Origin: the human T2T-CHM13v2.0 reference genome, Homo sapiens
Length of the DNA stretch: 64,000 nucleotides
Reading direction: 5' to 3' (one strand)
Assembly: GCF_009914755.1 (NCBI RefSeq)
Contig: NC_060929.1
Shown here: piece by piece, positions 10,531-26,187 of the stretch
Layout: each line of letters begins with the position of its first letter
How positions within the stretch are numbered: the stretch's first letter is position 1
The notes under the pieces: generated by a model
The model's input: only the letters and a program-made list of their open reading frames with translations
Database searches by the model: none
Told to the model about the DNA's origin: nothing
Position numbers and translations under genes: made by a program

Positions 10531-11769
10531 TAATTGAGTCACTTGTGTCTTCCACATCAGTGTTTTGCCAGGCACAGGTTGAACCAGGGAATATGGTGGG
10601 AGGATCTAGATCAGTTTGGGACCTGGCGTGTCTGTCCTCAAACTCCCATGGGCTGGAGCTTGAGGAATCTGGTGATGTTACCTTCCAAGTACCCATCCTT
10701 CAACGTCTTATTTCCCAGGGCCTGTCCCAGGATGTCAGGGAGAGGCCAGGTTAATCTCGGGATTGAGGCAGATTGAAGATTATTGAGTCCTCTGCCCTGA
10801 GATTTGGGCTGTGTGAGCAGTCAGGCTTCAAGTGGGGGACTGTTTCTGTTTCTTCCCCTCCCCATGGCCTCCAACCTAAGTGTCTTTGTGGGGCAAACCA
10901 TGTATTCCTGGTGGGGCAGGAGGTAGCCTGAGGCAGAAGGCACCTCTGCTGCTGGGGTCCTGTGGCTGTCACCTGCCTCCCTTGAAAACTACCCCCCAGG
11001 GCTGGTCAGGAGAGGTCCCCATGAGACCCTAAGGAGAGGTGGGGGCAGAGGCAGTGGGGAGGGGTAGGAGTGCCTTCTCTGCAGGTTCCTGGCTGGAGTT
11101 GGCATTCCACTTCTTCCGAGCGCAGCTCTTGGTCTTGCCCTCGCTCTCTGCGTCATGAAACCTCATCACTTCACCCCTGGGCCCTGTCCCGCATGTCTGT
11201 GGCTTGCCCTCCTGTCCATCACAGCACATTTCTGTAGAGTTTTGTGAAGCTCTTTAGCTGCGCATCTCATGGTGTTCTCAGGATGCCTTTATTATCCCCA
11301 TTTTATAGATGAGGAGACTGAGTCTCAATAACAGTAAGCCACTTCTCCAAGATCACAGAATAAGAAAGTGGTTGAACCTGTGTCCAAATCTTAGCTTCTC
11401 CAGGATGGCGACGGCTGCCACTTGGAGAGTGCCTACCATTGTCGGAACCCCTGCTGGAGGCTTCAGTAGGGGCGCTGCCTGGGTATCCATCAGACAACTC
11501 TGTGTGGGAGGTGGGTATCCCTGCGTGGGAGGTGGGCACCCCTGCTTCCACACTGGACAGAGACTCCAAGAGAGTATCAGCTTGCCCTAGGCTTCACAGT
11601 GAACAGACGACAGCCTGAGACTCTGGCTGATAATCACAGTGATTCAGGTTGTCATCGATGGAGCACCTGTTACATGTCAGCTGTGTTCACTCTTCCTGTA
11701 TTATTTTATTTAATGGAAACAATAACCCTAAGAGATGGGTGTTGCTAGAAAATTGTGGAGCCAGAATGC

Positions 11770-12250
11770 AATCAGTCATCTGCTCATTCATCCAAAAAGT
11801 ATTTATTGACTTTACTTTGTGCCTGACACTGTCCCAGGGGCTGGAGATACAGCAGTGAACTGCACAGAGCCCTGGTCCTCATGGGGCTTCCATTCTATTA
11901 GGGAAGGTCAGTAATAAAACAGATACAAAATATAACAGCAGGGAGTGGCAAATCATAAGAAAAAAATAAAACATGGTGAGGGGATAGAGGATGCTATTTT
12001 AGATGGGGTAGTCAGGGGAGGCTTCTGGATGGGGGATTTTTGAGCAGGAAGGAAGCAAGGGAAGAGTGTTCCACAGAGAGTACCACAGCCTGGAGGGCTG
12101 TCGTGGGATGAAGAGGGGCCAGAACGGCTGGAACAGAGTGGGTGGGGTTGGGGGGAGAATTGGAGGGGGCAGATCACGACCTGAGCTTTTATTTGGAGTG
12201 AGATGAGGAGCCACATGTGATGTGCCTTACACCTAGAGGGATTGCTCTGG
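11770..12250 (-). mobile_element. L2 3' fragment
   Basis: cattcatccaaaaagtatttattga...ggagatacagcagtgaac. Confidence 0.6.
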
Positions 12251-13001
12251 TTACCGTGTGGAGGATGGGCAGCACCTAACCCGGCTGCCCAGCGCCAGAG
12301 CCTGGGCTCTCACTCTGACCCGATGCTGCCTCCTGCCCCTGGCTTTGATGCACCCCTGGCCCCAGCACAGCCCAGGCCTCTGTCCTGGGTCTGCAGGCTG
12401 CTTGCACCTCCTGTACCAAAGACCTTGCCTTTGCTCCATCCCTGGGGGCAGTGGGACCAGCGTTCTTTCCTTGTCCTGCCTTTTAGCGTCCCTGATGTTG
12501 GAAGATGTGGGCCCAGCTTTTGTTTCCTCTAGACAGAACTTTCTGGACATTTCCTGAGCTATGAGTATGTTGATGATAAGCACAGTGGACTGGGGGGCAC
12601 TTTTCCCAGCCACAGATGCTGTCTCCTTAGGCACGCTTGCTTGAGGCAGGAGGCTAGTGAGGGTTGCCATAGTCCAGCTGGGTAGGAACCCCAGGGATAA
12701 CAGCTATGACTTTTGGAACCTTACTGTGTACCAAGCACAGTCCTACTGGGCCCACCCCACCAGCCTTTGAGGTGGGCATTTTTAACCCCACTTTATAGAG
12801 CAGGCTCAGATAGGTAGAGTCACTTGCTTGAAGTCAACACAGCTAATAAATAGAGGAGCTGGGGTTTGAACCCAGGCCCTTCTGTCTCTAGAGCTATAAC
12901 TTGACCCAAGTCCAGATGCTTGGAGCTCTTGGCATCTGTCCAGGTTCCAGTCTTTTTCCCTTGACCCCCTGATTCTGCCTTGGCATCCATCATTTCCCAA
13001 C

Positions 13002-13015
13002 CCACCAGAGGGCAG
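13002..13015 (+). promoter_or_regulatory. CTCF consensus motif
   Basis: CCACCAGAGGGCAG is an exact match to CCASYAGRKGGCRS. Confidence 0.5.
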
Positions 13016-13539
13016 AGGCAGGCGTAGACCACATTCCCAGGTGCCGATGGCAGCCCTTCTCCCACCCTCCACACCCTCCCCACGACGTTTCTGTCATAGG
13101 GGCCGCAGAGACATGGGACCTGGAGCGCTTCAGTTTGCCTTTGACGTGGCCACTTTGCCAGCTGCGTGACCTTGGGTAAGGCACGTCTTTTCTGTGAGTG
13201 GCGTCTCTCATCATCCCAGTCGATTCTACCTTGTGGGGCTAATGTAATGCTCCAGAGAGAGCAGAGCAAACACCTGGGGACGATTCCTGCCCCAGAAGAG
13301 GGGAGAGGACCCAGGCAGGGGGGTTTATCCTCTCATGCTTCTCTCTCCATCTCATTGCTTTAGAGAGGAGGGAGCCGAGACCCAGAGAGAGGAAGCGACT
13401 TCCTCCAGGTCCTCCAGTGAGTTAATGATAGAGCCCATTAGATGACCAATTCATAGGAATGACAGTGGGTGGGGTGAGTCGGGGGCCCCTTCAGCGGCCA
13501 GCCAGGCCCTTCTTCTCATCCTTCCCAAATTTGCAGCAG

Positions 13540-13628
13540 AGGGCAGTGGGGAAGGGGAGGGCAGTGGGGAGGGGGAGGGCAGTGGGGAGGGGGAGGGCAG
13601 TGGGGAGGGGCAGGGCAGTGGGGAGGGG
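13540..13628. repeat. G-rich 18-bp minisatellite, 5 copies
   Basis: Unit AGGGCAGTGGGGAGGGGG. Confidence 0.9.
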
Positions 13629-13894
13629 CCCTCACTATCCGCCCCACCAGCCCTATAATGGTGCAGGCTGTGAGTGAAGATTGAGCCTTGGCAGGCAGGC
13701 AAGTATGGCAGGAAGGGCCCCTGAATCTGGGACAGAAGTGGATTTGGGGACAACGGCGCTCTCTCCACCTCCCCGACCCTGTGCATTGTTTGCAAGGGTG
13801 CTCTCCCCACCTCCCCCATCCTGTGCATTGTTTGGACCCAGAGTCTTCTCTCCCTATGGCCACCCCTTGCCCTCCTGCTCTATGCCCCCCTTGA

Positions 13895-14306
<412 letters not shown>

Positions 14307-15649
14307 AGCTCTTGCTCTCTTAGCTGTTACTCTGATCTCATTTGATTGACACAAGAACCTGGCAAGATAGATGTTAGGATGTGCATTTTGTAGATGGGAA
14401 AACTGAGGCCTGTAGAGGAATGTAATTGGCCCAGGTTCCACGGTAGAAAGTGACTGAGCTGAGATTTGAACCCACATCTCCCTGTTTCCACTCTTCACCT
14501 TCCCAGCATTCCTCTCCATCCCTGCCTTTGCTGGGGGTGGAGTGGGGAATAAAGTTCCAAAGCTGAGGGCCAGAGAAGCAAGTGGCCCTACCAGGGTGGG
14601 TGGGGAGGGCCTTTCCCATGACAAGTGGGAGAGGCTGTGTTTTGGGAGTGTACCACCAACGCCAGCCAGGTGAGCCGCAGGTGTGGGGAGGCACAGCCCC
14701 AGGCTGTCTGAAGGACATTGAGGGGATGCCCTCCTGCCTGCCTGCCCAGCTGGAGCCTAACAAGGCGAGGCTGGGATGGCCCGGGGCTTGAAAGCCCCAT
14801 AAATGGGGCAGAACCCTCCCTCCCCAGCAGCAGGATTGGGGCTTCCAAAGAACAATAGTGAATTAGGTGCTAAAGATGTGAAGGCTGCTCCCCAACCATG
14901 CAATTAGCTTGCAGGTCTGTTACAAACATTAGGCCGCCGAACTGGGGACCAGATGGCGGCAAGGCTCGCCCTTGCTGTCCCAAGACGGCCTGGCTTCCTG
15001 GCTGAGGTTTCCAGCTCTGGCAAGGAGGGAAGGCGGCAGGTAGCCCCGGTGTGTGACCCCCTGCAGAGCAAGCAGCCATTAATCAGGCATTCCCTCCCCT
15101 CCCTGGGGCAGCTTCACGACCCAATTAGCACTTGCTAGAATTTCTGCCCTGCTCTTCCAGTCTCCCAGGCTGACCGCCCTGCAGCTGCAGGCCCCGTGTC
15201 ACCCACCCTCTGGGGTGGGTTGGAGGTGCAGCCGATTTAAAAAGACTGTCACAGACCTCAGTCTCTTTCCAGTACCAGCTTTATGGGAGCCTTCCCCCAA
15301 TTCTCTCACTTAATTCCTACCACAATCCTCCTGGATACTTATTTTTAATCTGCTCCCTACCGATGAGGAAACTGGCCAACAGAAGGGAGGTCACTTGCTT
15401 AAGGCCATCTGTGTGACTCCCCAAATCCTGCGCATGACTGTTATGACACAGAACAGCGCCCCCCCGGCAACCCCCATGCCCAAGAGTTGGTGTGACTCCT
15501 GTCTTACATAAGGACGGAAGACCAGAGAGGCAAGGTGACTTGCTCAAGGTCACAGTTATTAAGTGGTGAAGCTGGGATTTGAAACCATGTCTATCAGGTT
15601 CTAGAACCTGCTTCTCCTCCCCTTCTGCACCTTCACTCCTGTTCCTGTG

Positions 15650-16160
15650 CTATTCGGGATTCTTTTAGCTGCAAGTGACAGAAACACATGAAAACCGACT
15701 TAAACCAATAAGGACATTTATTGGTTTATGTAACAGAAAAGTGCACAGCCCTCTGGCTTCAGGCAAAGCTGGATCCAGGTGCTCACTCTCCTCTCCCTGC
15801 TTTCTGCTGTGTTGGCTTTATCCTCAGGAAGGCTTTCCCTGCTGTTCTAGGCTTACTAATAACTTCGGCAGAAAGAGAACTAGTAACTTAAGAACATATC
15901 TTTCCCAGAGGCTCCAGTAAAAGTCCCTGGGTGGACTCTGATTGGCTTAACCCTCTCTCTTGCGTACTCTTACATCAGTCACTGTGATCAGGGAGACAGA
16001 ATAGTTTAATTGTCCAGGCTTAGGACAGGGGCCAGTCCCTGGAGCTGGGCTGGGGAAGGGATAAGCCAATTCTACCCAAGTATAAGGTCTGAAAGTGGGA
16101 GGGGGTGGCTTCCCCAAGAATGTGGAAGTGTTGTTACCAGAAGAAGGGGTGATCACAAAA
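15650..16160. mobile_element. Ancient MaLR (MLT1-like) LTR
   Basis: gctgcaagtgacagaaac...ggcttcaggcaaagctggatccagg. Confidence 0.55.
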
Positions 16161-16177
16161 GAAAGAGAGGTCTATAC

Positions 16178-16358
16178 CAGAGGTTCTCACTCAACTGTGC
16201 CTCAGTTCCCGGGAGAGCTCGTGAACACACAGATTGCTGGGGCCCACCCCTACAGCTTCTGCTTAAATATCTAGGGTAGACCCGAGAATTTGCATTTCTA
16301 GCAAGTTCTCAAGAGATACTGATGTTGCTGGTCTGGGGCCACAGTTTGAGAACCACTG
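16178..16358. mobile_element. MER5A-like hAT DNA transposon
   Basis: Terminal inverted repeats cagaggttctca...tgagaaccactg and internal gaatttgcatttctagcaag. Confidence 0.7.
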
Positions 16359-17029
16359 TTCTGCCCCCTTCTTTTACACTCATGCTCCCGCCTTCTTTGT
16401 ACAGTATGGCCATACAAGGATGTGTTCTAGTCCCAGGCCAAGAGGCACATGGATACTGTCATCTTAGGGAATCCATGTACATATTCCAAGAGCTCTTTCC
16501 TAACCCATCTGCTGCAGAACGCCCCTCTCACTGGCTGTGTTTCCTCTTCCCACCCACTTTGCACAATACTCTTCTGCACTTTACAACGGAAAGGTACACC
16601 TCTTACTGGCCCCGCATTTCATTGTGTGTGTTCCCTGGTGTGTAGAAAACTCCAGACTATGGAATACAGGGCCCATCTCAGTGTGGGGAACTCCCTTGAA
16701 TCCTGGTGCCATGCATTCGTGGTAAGGGCTCAGGGCAAAATGCGGCCCCTGTTTTGGCCCATGTTGAGCTACTCTGAATTCAGGTATATTGTACAGTCAG
16801 ATGGGGGGAATATTGACAGTTTTTCTTGAGTTACCGCGTGTCTTTCATTCCCCAAATATTGTCCTGGAATGCATTCAGTATTCACTACTAAGGGAGGGTA
16901 TTATGATAGCATGAGAAATATTGGCAGTAGGGATAACTCATTCAGGGACACAAACTCATGGCTACATTCCATGCTGTCTCTCTCTCTCTGACTCTCTCAT
17001 CCATCCGTCGTCTGTCAATCTATTTGTCC

Positions 17030-17069
17030 ATCCACCTACCTACCTACCTACCTACCTACCTACCTACCT
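17030..17069. repeat. (CCTA)n microsatellite
   Basis: Read directly from sequence. Confidence 0.9.
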
Positions 17070-17286
17070 GCTGACCAACAAAATCATCTCAGAATCACAA
17101 TGTTTAAGATTTGGAGACAGCATGCTGAGAACGAGGAATGCCCGGAGCATTTTCTTATCCATCCTTCCTTGCTTTATATCTCTGTATTTTGCCCAATTCT
17201 AAAGAGAAGGAGGTAAAATGTTCCAAACTTGCTGTCTACTGGTCATTTTTGAGTAAATATGATCCTGTCTTGGCGGGAAGTTTGCG

Positions 17287-17597
17287 TTTTTTATTTTTTA
17301 TTTTTTTTTTGACGGAGCCTTGCTCTATCGCCCAGGCTGGAGTGCAGTGGTGCAGTGGTGCAATCTCTGTTCAATGCGTCCTCTGCCTCCCCGGTTCAAG
17401 CGATTCCCCCTCCTTAGCTTCTCAAGTAGCTGGGTTGACAGGCGTGCATCAGTGCACTCGGCTAATTTTTGTATTTTTAGTACAGGCAGGGTTTTGCCAT
17501 GTTGGTCAGGCTGGTCTGAAACTCCTGACCTCAGGTGACCTGCGGCCTCGACCTCCCAAAGTGCTGGGATTATAGACATGAGCCACCGCGCCCAGCT
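17287..17597 (-). mobile_element. Alu (AluS-like)
   Basis: Full dimer, TSD gaagtttgYgtttt. Confidence 0.93.
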
Positions 17598-18380
17598 GAA
17601 GTTTGTGTTTTATATTATCTTGAACATTTATTCTGACTTGTGGGGGGAATATTTTCACTTAACTTGTGCTAAAAGATTACTGGCTACTATAAATCCACAT
17701 TCACTTTTTTAAAACTTGGGTGTGAATCTTATTTTCTCTCACTCATCACTGCTCATGTATTCATTCTCCATGAATATTTATTTGATTTAGATGAACTTAA
17801 TTGAGTATGAGATGGATTCTACTAAAAATATATGATTTTCAAAATTATTTAAGGCAGTTCATGAGTAAAAAATTGTGAAGAGCCCAGTCTAGTCTAATCC
17901 GTGATTCGATGGTCTACCTGCACGCATAGACGCACAGCATCAACCTAGAAAACATTCTCCTGGGCCCTGGGAGCACAGAGGTGCCTCAGTACAGTCCCTC
18001 GTGGGTATGTCAAGAGGTAGCCCTTGGGGAGCTCACAGCTGAGTGCTGGAAACAGGTGGACTTTGAGGCAGCAAGAGAGGAAGGTGGAGAGGCAGAACCT
18101 AAAGCTTTGGATGCACAGAGGAGGTGATGACTACCTGGGAAGGGGGTGAGAGCTGGGGGTCAGGAGACTTAGGGAGGCTGAATAGAGCTTTAACTGCAAA
18201 GAGAAAGAGGGAAGAGCAGCCCAGGCCAAAGGAACAGCACGTGTAAAGGTGGAGAGAAGTAAAGTTGTATGAAGGTTTACAGAAATGTGGCATGACAGGA
18301 GCTTGGGGGTGCAAGTGGAGCTTGGGAGCTGGAGGCAGGAAGGGAAGGAGATCAGATGGTCAAGGCTGTTGTGTTCCTAG

Positions 18381-19095
<715 letters not shown>

Positions 19096-19676
19096 TGAAC
19101 ATTTTCTAAGTGCCTATTCTATACTGGGTTCCTTGGAGATAAAAAAATGAATCTGGTACAATCTCTGCTCCTACAAGTCTTGTTGAGGAGACAGTTAACA
19201 ATGACCATAACTTGGGATAAGTGCAACAATGAGCAAGGAGGGTACAAAGGGGGAGTCAGAGAAGGCTTCCTGGAGGAAGAGACATCAAAGACCTGAAGAA
19301 TGAGGCAGAATTGGCAGGAATAAAATGGGGATGAGACTTTCTAGGGAGCAGCAGCAATGTGTGCAAATACGTGGTTAAGAGAGAACATAGCCCGTGGGAA
19401 ATAAACAGAAAAGGAACTGGGGAGGACTTATCATTTCGATGTAGGAGTGGCAACTTTGTTAGAAAAAAATAAAGGGTTGGGGAAATGTTACCGGGGAATT
19501 GCTTTGGGTTTCTGGTCTACTGGGGATGCTCGGGCCAGGGCTGATGGAGATGTGTGGTGGTGGGTACCACAGCTTCCTTGAGCATCTCGTGGGCTGCCTC
19601 AGACTCAGGCGTGGCTCAGTTCCACAGCACCTTGGTTCTGATGATCTATGCAGCCACTAAGGACTGTGGCCCGGAT

Positions 19677-19913
19677 CAGTGGTTCTCACCTGGGGCGATT
19701 TTGTTCCCCAGGGCCATTTCGGCAGTGCGTGGAGACAACGTTGGTTGTCTCCAACTCCCCAGTTGTCACAACTGGGAGCCGGGGGACTGCCACTGGCATC
19801 TAGTGGAGAGAGTCCAGGGACGCTGCCGAACATCCTGCAGGGCACAGCGCAGCCTCAACCACAAAGAATTGTCTGGCCCCAGATACCAATTGTGCCAAAG
19901 CTGAAAAACTTTG
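19677..19913. mobile_element. MER20-like hAT DNA transposon
   Basis: cagtggttctcacctggggcgattttg...ctggcatctagtgg...gaaaaactttg. Confidence 0.75.
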
Positions 19914-20016
19914 GCCTAAATCCATTATTACAAGAGGATGGCAAAATGGCAATTTTCAAATTCTATTATCTCTTCACTGTCTATTTACTGGGATTGTCCT
20001 AAAAACAAGAACTTTC

Positions 20017-20348
<332 letters not shown>

Positions 20349-20498
20349 TCAGTTACCCCAAGATACAATTCATACAGGAAAGACAGGACAAATGCCTGAT
20401 TCTTTCTCTTTATTTACCAGTTTCAGAACATTAGTTAACTAGCACTCTCCAAAGATGAGGAGTGCATTAAGTCTCACTATGAACTTTTGGATTTTAAA

Positions 20499-20797
20499 CT
20501 TATTTTTATTTTTTTGAGACTGAATCTTGCTCTGTCGCCCAGCCTGGAGTGCAGTGTCATGATCTCCGCTCACTGAAACTTCCACCTCCCAGGTTCAAGC
20601 GATTCTTGTGCCTCAGCCTCCCGAGTAGCTGGGATACAGGTGCCTGCCACCATAGTCAGCTAATTTTTGTATTTTTAGTAGAGACGGGGTTTCCTCATGT
20701 TGGCCAGGCTGGTCTTGAACTCCTGACCTCAAGTGATCCACCTGTCTCGGCTTCCCAAAGTGCTGGGATTACAGACATGAGCGAACGCATCCAGCCA
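20499..20797 (-). mobile_element. Alu (AluS-like), within old L1-like sequence
   Basis: Full dimer, TSD gattttaaacttattt. Confidence 0.93.
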
Positions 20798-21151
20798 GAT
20801 TTTTAAACTTATTTAATGGGTTTCAATCCATAGTAGTTACTGTTCTTTTTGAAGGTCAAATTTTTCAATTTTTGGCCAGTGAGGACTCCTGCCAGTGGCT
20901 CTTGTGTCTTTTTATCATCATTGCCTTTGTGCTTTGATGGCTTCTTTGCTTTCTGGTGTGAAAAGACGTCCCACGTTGTCTCAATGTGTTGTACATTTCC
21001 CAACCCTGACCTGGGATCAGCTCTTTCTTCTAGGGCCCTGGTTTAATTTAGTGGAGAGTGTCAAGACTTAGTGAGGGTTAAAAAGAGACTCAAAGAAACC
21101 CACAAAGCTGGAACCTAGCTTTGCACAGTGCCTAGAACACAGTGCTCATGT

Positions 21152-21497
21152 AGGCCGGGCGTGGTGGCTCACGCCTGTAATCCCAGCACTTTGGGAGGCC
21201 GAGGCGGGCAGTTCATGAGGTCAGGGGTTTGAGATCAGCCTGGCCAACATAGTGAAACTCCATCTCTTCTAAAAATACAAAAATTATCTGGGTGTGATGG
21301 TGGGTGCCTGTAATTCCAGCTACTTGGGAGGCTGAGGCAGGATAATTGCTTGAACCCGGGAGGTGGAGGTTGCAGTGAGTGGAGGTTGCCATGAGCCGAG
21401 GTTGCAGTGAGCCGAGATTGTGCCACTGCACTCCAGCCCAGGCGACAGTGCGAAACAACACCTCAAAAAAAAAAAAAAAGAAAAAAAAGAAAGAAAG
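21152..21497 (+). mobile_element. Alu with internal triplication
   Basis: A gaggttgcagtgag-type unit occurs three times at ~21365-21412. TSD agaRcaYagtgctcMtgta. Confidence 0.93.
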
Positions 21498-22512
21498 AGC
21501 ATAGTGCTCCTGTAATATTGTGATTATTTCAAGGACAGAAGTCAACTCATCCAAGTTGCTTCAACTCCCTTCTTGTCGCCGATCTCTAATGCATTAGGAC
21601 ACTTGCTTTCTGAACCTCCAGACAGTCTGAGGAGGGGCCCAAGTGTAATGAGGGTTCAGGTTAGCAAGGAGAGAGGTGAAAATAGTGGCTTTGTCGGGCA
21701 GAGGGAACTGCCAGCCCACAGAGCACGTCTATTAGAAATGAAGCCAGGGCAAAGCCAGCAGAGGAGAGGAGCAATTAGCTAATTCAGGAGTCGAGGCCCT
21801 GCTTTTATTTCCACTGACAATTTTAATCCTGTAATAACCTTTGACCTAAGCCCCGGGGCAATTAGTGCCTGCAAGTGAAGTGGTGGTGGGTTTGAACTTC
21901 TGCCTTCCTCCCCAGGCTGAGTCAATACCTCTGTATTCTATTACATGTAATTGAGGTAAAAGGGTTTATTTAAGCTAACAAATGATTATTTCCCACAATA
22001 GAATCTCCATCCCGGTTAGTGAATTGGCTCTTCCAGGCATTCCCTGTTTTGTCTGCAGCCAAAGCCTGTATTTTATTGACTGCTTTGTCCTCTTCTCTCT
22101 TTCCTCCTGGCTTCTCTCTCCCTCCTCCTCCCCCCTCCCTTGCCCTCACAATTCATTTCAGCAAATTCAATGGAACTAGCATTCCCCGCCCCCCCTGCCC
22201 CTCCCCACCCCCGGCACCTACCTTGAGCCAGGTTCTTACATCTGAGTACAGTTCTGGCCTATCTGGAAGGATCTCACAGCCTAGTGACAAAGACAGACTC
22301 GTAAGCAGATCAATTATAAATTATACTGTGCTATGATAAGTGCAAAGTAATTCAACAAGTCTAGACAAAGGAGATAGATGGCGTGGAGTGGTCTTTGTGC
22401 AGAGGATTCTAGAAAGGGAGACAAGACTGGAGACATTTTAATCCATTAGACATGAGGCTCCCATGGACCAAAGAGGGATTTTATCCAAGTGGCCTGAGGG
22501 ATAGGTATTTAG

Positions 22513-22927
<415 letters not shown>

Positions 22928-22939
22928 AACGGGTGAGTC

Positions 22940-23650
22940 TTGATTCATTATAGCCCATCACGCTAACTGCATCCCCTGTGCCAATAACTGGCTTCAGACG
23001 CGGCATGTGATCATGTTCTGGCCAATGAACTATTAGGGTCCGTGGGGTGGTGTTGGAGGTGGAGCATGTTTCTAGAGAAGTTTTATGATTCTTTTTTTTT
23101 TTTTTTTTTTGAGAAGGGTTTCACTTTGTCAGCCAGGCTGGAGTGCAGTGGCGTGATCTCAGCTCACTGCATCCTCGACCTCCTGGGCTCAAGCACACCA
23201 TGCTCCGCTAATTTTTTTATATTTGTTGTAGAGATGAGGTTTTGCCATGTTACCCAGGCTGGTCTTTAACTACTGAGCTCAACGATCCACCTGCCTCAGC
23301 CTCCCAAAGTGCTGGGATTACAGGCGCGAGCCACCATGCCTGGCTTCATGATTCTTAAAAACAGACACAAGGAAGTCATGATTCCTTTTTTGAGTCTGCA
23401 TTTTGGTGAGGATGTGAGGGCTGGAGCTGTTGTAGCTATCTTGAGACCATGAGGAAAGCTAGCTGCTGCACTGAGGATGGCAGAGCAAAGTGATGGAACG
23501 AGCTTGAGTTCTCGATGATATTGTTCCACTGCCGAATTAAGCCATATGGGGTCTTCTCATTGTCTCAGATAACAAAACTTTTTTGTAGTTAAGTCTCTTG
23601 CAGCTGGGTTTTTTGTTACGTGTTGCTAAAAGCTTCCCAACTGATACAGA
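22940..23650. mobile_element. MLT1-like LTR interrupted by an internally deleted Alu (23092-23344, minus strand)
   Basis: ctggccaatga...gtgagggctggagctgttgtagctatcttg...ctaaaagcttcccaactgataca. Confidence 0.6.
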
Positions 23651-23736
23651 AGAGGAGGTAGTATTTGAAGAATGAGTCTTGGAGAGAAAAGAGAGAGCTT
23701 TTTAGGAAGGGGATACAGTCCAGACAAAGATGTTGA

Positions 23737-24161
<425 letters not shown>

Positions 24162-24942
24162 CCTTCATTCCTCTTGAGGGGCTCCTCTTCTTCAACCGGT
24201 GTCCTCTCCAATGTACCTAAGAGGAAGATGCAGGTGGCAGAAGCCTGAGCTTAGACATAAAATGTTTATTGAGTGCTCATACGTGCCAGTCCTGTGCTGA
24301 GCTGCAGTGAATGAGAGATGGTTCCTTGGAACAGAGCTCCCAGTTCAGAGACAGAGACTAAAACATAAACCTATGTTTCTAAACATATGGTCAATTTCAG
24401 GCGAAAGAATTTCAGATGGCTTCTGGACTAACATTTGCTTTTTATTTTAACGTTACAAGTTTATTTTGATGATCAATTTCTATATATGATAGAAATATAA
24501 ATTTTCTTTTTAAATACATTTAAGCAAATAAATAAAGAGTTAATTTAAGGAAAACTAGGTGGTAATGTTACAGGTGGTATGTGGATATAGTAAAACTTGT
24601 GCAATGAGAATTAAGTAAATATGTGCATGTGTGTGTGTATGTGTGAATGAGTGACATGTTTGTCTGCTCAGTCTTTTTTCCAGGCATATGAGAGCAGTCT
24701 TCTGTTCTTTTAGGAACTGGTGCTCCTGAATTTTATATAGTTTCACTGGGAGACACCCTGTATATGTGCAAGCTTCCCCACTCCCACTGTAGTTGATTGG
24801 TCCCGGATTTTTCAAACATGAAAAGCCCCTCTCTGGTGGCAGAGGCTATGAGGCACAGCTGTGGGCGACCTGTTCCTTGCCCTACTATGGACATTGAGTT
24901 GGAGAGAAGGAAGCAGGCCAAGAGAAGGAGAAACAGGAGATA

Positions 24943-26070
<1,128 letters not shown>

Positions 26071-26071
26071 A

Positions 26072-26078
26072 GATAGAT

Positions 26079-26113
<35 letters not shown>

Positions 26114-26128
26114 TAGATAGAGATAGAT

Positions 26129-26179
<51 letters not shown>

Positions 26180-26187
26180 GATAGATA
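26072..26187. repeat. Compound (GATA)n tetranucleotide STR
   Basis: About 115 bp of interrupted GATA units. Confidence 0.95.

Noticed and set aside
11462-11476. CTCF-like TCAGTAGGGGCGC
   Set aside because: One base short in the core spacing.
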